NCBI GenBank assembly: GCA_964514555.1
Contig: CAZERM010000002.1
Coordinates: 4,761 to 68,760 of the forward strand
From: an uncultured Lachnospiraceae bacterium
GTDB taxonomy: Bacteria > Bacillota > Clostridia > Oscillospirales > CAG-272
DNA length: 64,000 nt
Reading direction: 5' to 3'
The notes below the pieces were generated by a model that ran no database searches, was not told the origin of the DNA, and saw nothing but the letters and a program-made list of their open reading frames with translations. Of the stretch, positions 47,678-56,400 are shown piece by piece; the first letter of the stretch is position 1; every line of letters begins with the position of its first letter. A program made the translations under genes and the position numbers.

Positions 47678-50002
47678 TCAGTCAGCTTTTGTCTGCTGAA
47701 GGAGCCACTGTGCGGGTGTCTGACCTGCTTCGTTTACTGTTGTGTAAGCAGGAGTCCAAGCGTTGTGGTTTACGCCTTCAAGAACTGTAAATGTCATCTT
47801 TGTGCCGCCTGCTGCTTTGATAGCATCAAACATAGCTTTTGTACCGGAAATGTTAACTGTGGGGTCAGCATCGCCGTGGAAAGCCCAGATGTCAATGTTT
47901 ACGAGGTCTTTAGCAGAACCTGTGATACCTGCGCCGCATACGGGAACGCAAGCCGCAAATGTTTCGGGTCTGCGAGCCATAAGTTCCCAGATACCGTAGC
48001 CGCCCATAGAGATACCTGCGCCGTAAACGCGGTCTGTATCTACTTTGTCGCTTGCGAGGAATGTATCAAGGAGAGCGGAAGCCGCACGAAGACCGAGTGT
48101 TGCGTTTTCGGGAAGTTCTGCGCGTTCGTAGATGCCTTTTGCCCAAGGTTCGCCTTCGATCCATTCTTTTGTTACGCCGTCATCGTCCACGCACTGGGGA
48201 GCAACGATGATGCAGTTGTCCATAGCCGCAACATCTTCGAGGAGGATGTTGGAGGAACCGAGAACTTTGATCTGCTGGTCGTTATCTGTGCCGCATTCTC
48301 CGTTGCCGTGAAGGAAGAAGAGGATGGGGTATTTTTTAGAGCTTGTTGCATCGTAATCTGTGGGGTAGTAAACTCTGTAAGGGAGTTCGAGTGTTTCGCC
48401 TGTTGTCGCGTCTGTGTATGTGTAGATCTGCTTTTCAGCCGCATAGATAGTGCCTGCTACTACGTCTGCTTCGTCCATAGCATAGTTGTATACTGTGAAG
48501 CCGTCGATAGCGCCGTAGAACTGCTGGATATCTTTCTTTTCGTCGCCGGAATCGGATACTTTACCACCAATCCAAATGGGAAGTGTGGAAACGTATTCCT
48601 GAACGGGTTTTGTGCCGCCGAGGATACCATCGCAATATGTTGTGATAGTACCTGTTGTAGCATCCTGAATGATTGTGAGTGTATGCCATTCTGTGTCTGT
48701 AACATTGCCGTCGGAGTCTTTAGTTATGCCGCTGTAGATAGCTTTGTTACCGCCCAAACCGCCCCAATGAGCGTTTGTGCTGTTGAACCATACGCCGTAC
48801 CAACCGTTGCCGCTGCTGCCCTTCTGGAACAAGCAAGGCCAAGAGTTGCTGGAGAAGAGGTTAGCTGCTGCTTTGTATGTGATCTGGATCGTGAAGCTCT
48901 GTGTCTTCTTGAAGTTGAGAAGGTCGCTGTCTGCGATAGTGAGGTACTGACCGAATGTATCGAACAAAACTGCGTTGCCGTCTTTACCTTCTACGAGGGA
49001 AACGTCGCCGGAGATAACAGCTTCCATACCGGAAACTTTATCAATGAATTTACCATCTTTGATCTCGTTGAAATCGAAATCTGCAACTGCTTTTTCTTCG
49101 TCGGGAACTTCAACTTCGATACCTGCGATCGTCTGGTAATCGAGAGCGCAAGAGTAGATCTTGAATTCGTCTACGCCGCCGATGAACTGCTGCATAGCGG
49201 AAAGATCACCTGTGATACCGATAAAGAGATCGGCAGTGGAAGTTGTGTCAAATTTTTTGGATGTTGTTGCGCCGGGAACACCGTCAACATATGTGGAAAC
49301 AAGGCCTTTTGTGCCGTCGTAAACAGCAACGTAGTGGTGCCATGTTTTGTCTACTGTAAGGCTGGATGTAGCAAGTGTGTTGCTGATAGAGCCGCCTTCT
49401 TCACCATAGCCTGCCTGCAAGCCTTTGCCCTTCTGGAGCCACAAGCCGTAGTAGCTTGTCTTGTTCGGGAAGCCTTTTGCCAATACGCAAGGCCAAGAGT
49501 CGTTAGCGAAAGAATTATCGTCGAGTTTATACCAAAAATCGATAGTAAAGCTATCATTTGCAGAGAAATTGAGGTCCGCAGCATCTGCAACCTGGAGGTA
49601 ATCGCCTACGTTGCCGAAGTAAGCAGCGTCGCCTTCGATACCGTCGATAATATCAACAGCGCCTACAACGCTTGCGTCATGACCTTTGCCTGTGATATCT
49701 GTAACGATATTAGCATCAAGATCCCATTCGTCAAAGTCGAAGTGCATAACGAGGAAATCGTTATAATCGATCTTGCCGTCATTTGTTGTTGTGCTTTCTT
49801 CTGTTGTTGTGGAGCCTGCTGTTGTGCCGACCGTAGCAGCTGTGGAACCTGCTGTTGTTCCTGTTGTGCCGGAAGTTGAATCAACTACAGCATTGCCTGT
49901 TGTGGATGCAGAACCCGTTGTGTTTTCAGTACCGCCGTTGCAGGAAGCAAGGGACAATACCATCATAACGAGTGCTGTCGAAAGAGCAATCAGTTTTTTC
50001 AT
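47678..50002 (-). CDS. Surface lipoprotein: 2x LamG (concanavalin-A-like lectin) domains + C-terminal esterase
   Basis: 774 aa counted from ATG 50002 (MKKLIALSTALVMMVLSLASC lipobox). It has a T/S-rich linker and two LamG_3-like modules (..WHHYVAVYDG..VDEFKIY.. and ..WHTLTIIQD..IDGFTVY..). The C-terminal esterase is about 60% identical to the 248-aa esterase (GISMGGYG). Confidence 0.8.
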   Translation of the reverse strand: MKKLIALSTALVMMVLSLASCNGGTENTTGSASTTGNAVVDSTSGTTGTTAGSTAATVGTTAGSTTTEESTTTNDGKIDYNDFLVMHFDFDEWDLDANIVTDITGKGHDASVVGAVDIIDGIEGDAAYFGNVGDYLQVADAADLNFSANDSFTIDFWYKLDDNSFANDSWPCVLAKGFPNKTSYYGLWLQKGKGLQAGYGEEGGSISNTLATSSLTVDKTWHHYVAVYDGTKGLVSTYVDGVPGATTSKKFDTTSTADLFIGITGDLSAMQQFIGGVDEFKIYSCALDYQTIAGIEVEVPDEEKAVADFDFNEIKDGKFIDKVSGMEAVISGDVSLVEGKDGNAVLFDTFGQYLTIADSDLLNFKKTQSFTIQITYKAAANLFSSNSWPCLFQKGSSGNGWYGVWFNSTNAHWGGLGGNKAIYSGITKDSDGNVTDTEWHTLTIIQDATTGTITTYCDGILGGTKPVQEYVSTLPIWIGGKVSDSGDEKKDIQQFYGAIDGFTVYNYAMDEADVVAGTIYAAEKQIYTYTDATTGETLELPYRVYYPTDYDATSSKKYPILFFLHGNGECGTDNDQQIKVLGSSNILLEDVAAMDNCIIVAPQCVDDDGVTKEWIEGEPWAKGIYERAELPENATLGLRAASALLDTFLASDKVDTDRVYGAGISMGGYGIWELMARRPETFAACVPVCGAGITGSAKDLVNIDIWAFHGDADPTVNISGTKAMFDAIKAAGGTKMTFTVLEGVNHNAWTPAYTTVNEAGQTPAQWLLQQTKAD

Positions 50003-50189
50003 GATAATCAATCCTCTCGAAAAATTGTAAATATTTTTGGGCATAGATAACCCTGTTAGTTGTAATTCTATTTTATACTTATTAACCGTTTTTGTCAATA
50101 GTTTTTCGACTTTTATTGAACAATTTCTATGAAAATCATGGGTATTTGCCACAAAAAGCCTTAAAGACGTTTTATTGCTAAAATTATAT

Positions 50190-50226
50190 AAAATAAAAAG
50201 GATATTGCCGAAAGGCAATATCCTTT
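50190..50226 (-). terminator. Rho-independent terminator of the 450-aa lipoprotein gene
   Basis: Stem AAGGATATTGCC/GGCAATATCCTT with a GAAA loop and a T-run on the minus strand. Confidence 0.85.
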
Positions 50227-50240
50227 TATTAACTGTTTAA

Positions 50241-51593
50241 TTAGTTGAAGAGTTCGGGGTTAGCGATCTCGAAATCAACGTGTGTGAGGTAAGGATCACC
50301 GTATGTGAGGTTACCGATTGTGTTGTCTGTTACAAATACAACGTATGTGTCTGTTGCAACATCATAGTAGTATGTATATGTAAGGGGAGCAACTGTTTCG
50401 TCGCCGGAAAGGTTGAATTCAGCTTCAGACCAGTAAGCGTAGAGTGCAGAGTCTTCAACGGAATCGCCCCAGAGCATGCAGTTAACCTGGTCTTCATAGA
50501 AGCCGAGGAATTCTTCGTAACGTGTAGCAGCTGCGTCAGCGAAATCTGCGTCATCACCGTAGAACTTCAAGAACCATGTGGGAACAGCCTGTCTGTGAGC
50601 AACATAGCTGGAGTCCTGGTTAAGCGTAGAGCCGCCATAGTTGTAGCCATTCCAAGCTTTTTCTGTAGCGCCCTGACCGTCGGGGTTAGCTTCGTCTTCA
50701 GCAACAATGATATTGCCGAGAGTGTTTGTCTTCAAACCGTAACCGAGAAGGCTTTCTTCTTCTGTAGCAGCTTTGATAGCAGAGCCTGTGTATGTAGCGT
50801 AAACGAACTTAACATTGAGTTCAGCAGCGTTTACTTCTTTACCACCGATAGTTGCTGTAACAGCATCTTCAGTAACTTTTGTAATTGTCATTGTGCCGAA
50901 AGAGCCAACAGATGTTGTATAATCAGCCATAGCAGCGTTCAAAGCGTCAACATCGAGGTGGTTTACCAAGTATGTAACGTTATCGAAGTAGTATGCCCAG
51001 TTACCGCTTGCAGGACCGCCGTTCTTTGTTTCAGGGTTTTTCCATTTACCTACTTTGCCGAATCTGTTGATAGTAGCGAACTTCATAGCACCGCCGAGGT
51101 CTTTGCAAAGTGTAACTTCTGTACCCTTTGTTTCAACGAGGTAAAGGTGGCCTGCTGTAACATTGGAAAGAGATACTGTGCTGTTGTCAACGATGTTTGT
51201 AGCTGTTGTGCTTGCAAGTGTCTTGAAGAAGTCTTCAATGAACTCAGCATTGGGACCATTGAAGCTGCCTGCAGCGTCAACGATCTCAGCGTTTGTTGCA
51301 TCTACGGGAACGTAGTATACGCCCTGAACAGGAGTTTCAACTACAGGGGGCTGTGTTGTGATCTCTGTTGTAGCTTCGGTTTTTGTTGTACCTGCATCAG
51401 TTTTGTCAGTAGATACGAGTTTGTCTGTGTTGTCGGGTGTTTCGGGTTTAGCTGTTGTACCCTGATCGTTTGTTGTTTCTACGTCATTTGTTGTAGCAGT
51501 AGGATCTGTTGTAACATCAGGATCACCGCCGCAAGCAGCAACTGCCAAAACGACCATAACAAGGGCAAGCGTAAGTGCGAGCACTTTTTTCAT
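50241..51593 (-). CDS. Lipoprotein with T-rich linker and an uncharacterised ~300-aa C-terminal domain shared with the SLH protein
   Basis: 450 aa with lipobox LAVAACGG. The C-terminal region is clearly paralogous to the C-terminus of the 1627-aa protein. Confidence 0.7.
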   Translation of the reverse strand: MKKVLALTLALVMVVLAVAACGGDPDVTTDPTATTNDVETTNDQGTTAKPETPDNTDKLVSTDKTDAGTTKTEATTEITTQPPVVETPVQGVYYVPVDATNAEIVDAAGSFNGPNAEFIEDFFKTLASTTATNIVDNSTVSLSNVTAGHLYLVETKGTEVTLCKDLGGAMKFATINRFGKVGKWKNPETKNGGPASGNWAYYFDNVTYLVNHLDVDALNAAMADYTTSVGSFGTMTITKVTEDAVTATIGGKEVNAAELNVKFVYATYTGSAIKAATEEESLLGYGLKTNTLGNIIVAEDEANPDGQGATEKAWNGYNYGGSTLNQDSSYVAHRQAVPTWFLKFYGDDADFADAAATRYEEFLGFYEDQVNCMLWGDSVEDSALYAYWSEAEFNLSGDETVAPLTYTYYYDVATDTYVVFVTDNTIGNLTYGDPYLTHVDFEIANPELFN

Positions 51594-51717
51594 GATTTGG
51601 GTCCTCCAAATAATTTTTTTAATTTTTTGAGAATAATCTCTTCGTATTTATTATTTTATACCATAGTAACCAGTTTGTCAACAGTTTATTTCAAATTTAT
51701 GAATAAATACAAATTAT

Positions 51718-52416
51718 TTATTCCGATTTTGTGGATATTTTTTCGCAAAATGCGCCTAAAATGAATATGAAATAGCAAGCCGCGGAAAATAATATTTCCT
51801 TTGCGAGCATGAGCCAAGCGGATGCAACGTAATTTTCCGAAAGCACGAACGAAAGCGTTGTAAACACTATGAGCGCGGCGCTCGCGATAAAAGCGGATAC
51901 CGCAGGTACGTTCGAAAGCTTGATATAAGGCTTATTGAAATCAAGCTCGCGCTTTGTTGCGGAGAAGAAAGCAAACGTCGCAAGACAGATGAGCAAGCCT
52001 ATCAATGCTTTTGTGCCGTTGGAAAGTGCTGTGAGCAAGTCAAAATCGAGATACTGCGACAAAATGTCCGCATCCGTCGTGGATGCAAGCACGGCGGCGC
52101 GCACCACAAACTGAAAAAGCGGCAAAGCGAACGCATGAAAGAGCGTTATTATCGCCGTAACTACGGAAAGCGCAACATTTTTCTTCGAGATAGCGAAAGC
52201 GAATGCGCCAAGCATGAAAAACAGCACCGCATCCAAAACATATGAAGCGAGGTCAAAGAAGAACACGCTCATGCCGTCGAGCCATTCCGGTAAGTATTCA
52301 TAATTCGAAGTGGCAAGCGCAGATATCAAAGTGAACATGGATATGAAAAACAGCGGACACAGAAAAGATCCGAAAACATGATATAAAACAGCGTTCTTTT
52401 TCAAAACGACCTCCAA
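51718..52416 (-). CDS. Polytopic membrane protein of unknown function
   Basis: 232 aa with about 6 hydrophobic helices. No motif recognised. Confidence 0.55.
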   Translation of the reverse strand: MEVVLKKNAVLYHVFGSFLCPLFFISMFTLISALATSNYEYLPEWLDGMSVFFFDLASYVLDAVLFFMLGAFAFAISKKNVALSVVTAIITLFHAFALPLFQFVVRAAVLASTTDADILSQYLDFDLLTALSNGTKALIGLLICLATFAFFSATKRELDFNKPYIKLSNVPAVSAFIASAALIVFTTLSFVLSENYVASAWLMLAKEILFSAACYFIFILGAFCEKISTKSE

Positions 52417-52504
52417 AATTTATATTTACTTTATTAGCATACCACAGATGAGCGCAAAAGGAAACATTTTTTTGTAAATTTTTAATTATTTGCGGCAATA
52501 TGAT

Positions 52505-52533
52505 TTGACTTTACGCCGCCATACCGCTATAAT
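52505..52533 (+). promoter_or_regulatory. Predicted promoter (TTGACT-N17-TATAAT) of the sugar transferase gene
   Basis: Hexamers at 52505-52510 and 52528-52533. Confidence 0.5.
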
Positions 52534-52578
52534 ATATAAGTACGAACAAAATTTTTCCAAATTTGAAAGTGAATAAAA

Positions 52579-53181
52579 ATGAAGATATATCCCATTATAA
52601 AACGAGGTTGCGATATTCTGCTTTCGGGTGTTGCGATAATCGTTTTTTTGCCGTTTTTTATTATATTATGCGCGTGTTGCGCGATAGATACCAAGGCTTC
52701 GCCGCTGTTTTTGCAAGAGCGCATAGGAAAAGGACAAAAGCCTTTCAAGATAATCAAATTTCGAACGATGAAAAAGAGCGCTCCCGCGAGCACACCTGCG
52801 CGCGCCATCGAAAACCATGATGAATATGTTTCTCGCTTTGGTTTATGGCTTCGAAAAAGCGGCGCCGACGAGCTACCGCAGGTATTCAATATTTTTGTCG
52901 GTCAGATGAGTTTTGTCGGTCCTCGGCCGCTCATGGCAAGCGAAAAGGCGCTTCATCGTGCGCGCGAATCTCTCGGCGCATATAATGTTCGCCCGGGTCT
53001 TACGGGTCTGGCACAGATAAAATGCGAAAGCATAAATTCCGTGGAAGAAAAAGCTTTGCTTGACGCGGAATATGCAAAAAACATCTCCCTTTGTTTCGAC
53101 ATAAAACTTATATTTATGACCGTGAAGCTTTTTCTTTGCGGCAACCATATCGACGAGCATTTTGATTCCCCTGCGGAATAA
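52579..53181 (+). CDS. Small monotopic polyprenyl-phosphate glycosyl-1-phosphate transferase (bacterial sugar transferase family)
   Basis: 200 aa with a re-entrant N-terminal helix and motifs KFRTM and DELPQVFNIFVGQMSFVGPRP. Confidence 0.88.
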   Translation: MKIYPIIKRGCDILLSGVAIIVFLPFFIILCACCAIDTKASPLFLQERIGKGQKPFKIIKFRTMKKSAPASTPARAIENHDEYVSRFGLWLRKSGADELPQVFNIFVGQMSFVGPRPLMASEKALHRARESLGAYNVRPGLTGLAQIKCESINSVEEKALLDAEYAKNISLCFDIKLIFMTVKLFLCGNHIDEHFDSPAE

Positions 53182-53186
53182 ACGAG

Positions 53187-53226
53187 CGCTCCTTTGCAAA
53201 AGATAACTGCAAAGGAGCGTTTTTTG
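53187..53226 (+). terminator. Rho-independent terminator of the sugar transferase gene
   Basis: Stem CGCTCCTTTGCA/TGCAAAGGAGCG followed by TTTTTTG. Confidence 0.85.
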
Positions 53227-53398
53227 TTATGATCTCAAAAATATATTGTCGAGTGGTCATCATATATGCCGTATTGGCGGCGATGTTTTCAATATTCCTC
53301 GGCGGAACCTCAATAATGGCGCGCGAAAACGCGCTTTCTCCGCTCGATATCCTAACTTTGCGTTCGCAAAGCGCCGTGATAAATGCGAACCGATAGCA

Positions 53399-53431
53399 AA
53401 AAAAGAAACCCCTTGCGGGGTTTCTCTTTTT
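53399..53431 (-). terminator. Rho-independent terminator of the SLH protein gene
   Basis: Stem GAAACCCC/GGGGTTTC with a TTGC loop, flanked by A- and T-runs. Confidence 0.85.
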
Positions 53432-53445
53432 ACATATTCATTAAC

Positions 53446-56400
53446 TTATTTTGTGATGAAAGAGTTGATGAATACTGTGTATGTCTGTGTAGCGTAATCG
53501 TAGTAGTATGTGAATTCAGGGTATACGATTGCGGATTCAGCAACACCACTTGTGATCTGTGTGATCTTGTACTGGTAGAGCTTGGAGTTCTGAACATCAG
53601 CTGTCCAGTAGATGTCATTCATGTTGTTCTTGAATGCTTCGCAAGCTGTTTCATAGTTCTTCTGGCAAAGTTCAACAAGTGCAAATGCTTTGTTGATTTC
53701 AGAAATTGTAGCGTTGGATGTGATAAGATCGTTGTATTTAGCAACAGCGAGGTTAAGCATACCAGCAGGTGTGTACTCAGCCAACATGTTGTAGAAGAGG
53801 TCGAGTTTACCTGTATTTACTATGTCTTTCTTGATGCTTGCAATGCCGTCACTCTTTGTCCAGTCATAGTAGTAGAAATTCTTGGAGTTGCTGAGGTTGT
53901 TTTCGCACCATGCAGCGAATGTGCCCTTGGAGGAGTTGAAGTCGTGAGGCATACCAGCTTTTTCAGACTGGAACATTACTTCGTACATTGTTGTAGGAAG
54001 TGCATGAGATACTGTCTGAGCTGTAGCTTCGTTGAGTGTGTTGCCTTCGTAATCGAAGTAAACAAACTTGAAGTTGAGGTTTGTGATATCCTGGTTAGCG
54101 TTACCGTTTACAGTAGCGATGATGGACTTAGGAGTTACGTTTGTAATTTCCATTGTGCCGAACTGACCAAGAACTGTGCCTGTAGCAAGTTTTGTAGAAT
54201 CGATTGCGTAGTTTGTCTCGTTCATGATAGAGCTCTTATATGTGAGCTTGTTAGCCTTAACGATCCAGTGTGCTTCGTTGTTTGTCCATGAGTTTGTGCC
54301 GTTGGGCAACTGAATTACACCACGACCGAAGCCGTACTGGTCAACAGGACCAACGCCGAGACGGTTAACTGTTACTTCACCAAATACAGCGCCGAGATCC
54401 TGGAGGATTGCGTTGTTCTTTGTTGTGTCTACGAGGTAGAAGTGGCCAGCAGGAATTGTTACTGTATGGCCGTTGCTGGGATTAACGTAATCTGCAGCAT
54501 AGTTCCATGTAGAGTAGAAGTAGTTAAGTGTACCAACTTTTTCACCTGTTGTGATGTTGATAGCCTGCATAGAGGAGCTTACATAGTAGATGTCGCTACC
54601 TGTTGCAATGTAAGATGTTGTAAGAGAATCTGCGGGGAGGTAAACAATAGCCTTACCGTCGTCAACCTTGTAAGAAGGTGTTGTTGTGCCTTCGCCGGGG
54701 TTGATTACTTCGCTGTTAGAGCCAATTGTGTTTGTGCCACCAAATACTTTGATGTATTTTACGTAGCCTGTAGCTGCGTCAACTACATACTGGTAAGAGA
54801 GAACTGCGAGTTCTTTCTTTGCAGCGAGGAGCGCGCCAACTGTTGTTTCTGTGTATGTGTAGTCAAGATCTGTCTTAGAAGCTTTGATTGTTTCATCGGG
54901 TGTTACGATGATAACAGTTGTGTCTTCTTTAACGTTGAGTGTTTCAGCACCCTTGATCTCAAGTCTGTACCAACCGGGAACATACTTGTAGCCTTCACCC
55001 TTCTTATGAGCAGAGAATACTGTGTTAGAGGGGAGAGTTGTTGTGATATAGGATTTTGTGATACCTGCGAGCTGGTTGTTCATTGCTGCTGCAGTAACGT
55101 CTGTTCTGCTGCCTGCAACTTCTTCCATAGCTTCTGTTGTAACTACGAGTGTACCGTCTGCCTTTGTCTGGTATACGATGCCCTTATAGTCAAGAATTGT
55201 GTAAACAATGTTGTTAGCGTCAACGTAGTATCTTGTAATTGTTACGTTGCTGAGGTTGCCGATGTAACCGTTAGCATCGTTGAAGAAGTAACCGTAACCC
55301 TTTGTTGTGTCGAGGTTGCCGTTAGCATCATAGTATTTGTGTGTCTGGTATGCATAGATTTCTGCATATGTGGGGTTGATGATTGTTTCGTTTTCTTTGC
55401 CTGCTTCTGTCTTGTAAACTGCGAAGGGAGCAAGAACTTTTGTAGCGCCTGTAGCAGCTACGCCGCCGTCCATAACGGGCTGGAGTGTGTAAGACTTAGT
55501 ATAGTCTACAGCGAGTTTAGATACCTGTTTGTACTGTACCTGGTAGATGTTTGCAGGAGCTTTTTCGTAAGCAACTTTGATTACTTCGTCTGTAAGAGCG
55601 CCTGTTGTAGCATCTTTCTTATATTCTTTTGCAACTACTGTCCATGTGTAGTTTTCAGCGGAATATGCGTTGTAGTAGTTTGTAACTTCAGGGTTCTCGA
55701 GTGTGGGAACCATTGTTGTTGTCTGGTTTGTGTAAGCAGTGCCGTATGTTGTCTTAGCGTCAAAAATACGGTCTGTGATGTCGCCGGAGATCACAGCGTT
55801 GTTCCAAGCGGAACCTGTGCCGCTGATGAGGTAGTTGTTACCACCGTCGTTCTTAACCTGAACGTAGAGAACGTTTGTAGCGGAAGCTACATAGCCTACG
55901 CCGTAGCCTGCATAGTTTTCAGCTTCTGTGCCGGAAAGGAGACCTTTAGCAAAAAGTCTGTTAGCCATGAGCTGTGTTGTCCAGTCGTAAGCCAAAGAAA
56001 GGGAAGCAAGAACTGTTGCTGTATCCTTAGCTTTTGTGCCTGCGAGAGTTACTTTGAATTCGTTGTCGTTAGAAGCTTTTTCAACTTTTGTTACGAAACC
56101 TTCTTTAACGTCTGTAGATGTTGTAAGGTCTTTACCGTTGATGATGATAACGTTGTTGTTGCTATCATATGCAACTGTAACTGTCTTCTGAAGGAGAGAA
56201 GTGGGTTTGTTAGCTTCTGTTGCGGGGAAGTTGTTAGCGTTGTCGCCGTTTACATACTGGTTCTGGTATGTGTCGATAAGGAACTGGTACCAGTTGTAGA
56301 TGTTAACTGTGAAGGAAGAAGAAGATTCACCGATTGTGTATGTGAATGTTCTGTTGAATGTGCTGTTGTTAGCGAGCTTGTTGTATGCAGGAATGATAAG

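Noticed and set aside
47765-49879. 704-aa Cys-rich ORF on the plus strand, antisense to the LamG-esterase gene. Similar cases: 50280-51764 (494 aa), 54442-56637 (731 aa), 56755-58428 (557 aa) and 61925-63925 (666 aa).
   Set aside because: These are shadow ORFs. The sense genes have clear homology and motifs, and their strong codon bias avoids TTA, CTA and TCA, which removes stops from the codon-aligned antisense frame. The antisense translations are low-complexity (C/V/F-rich), with no start context or motifs.
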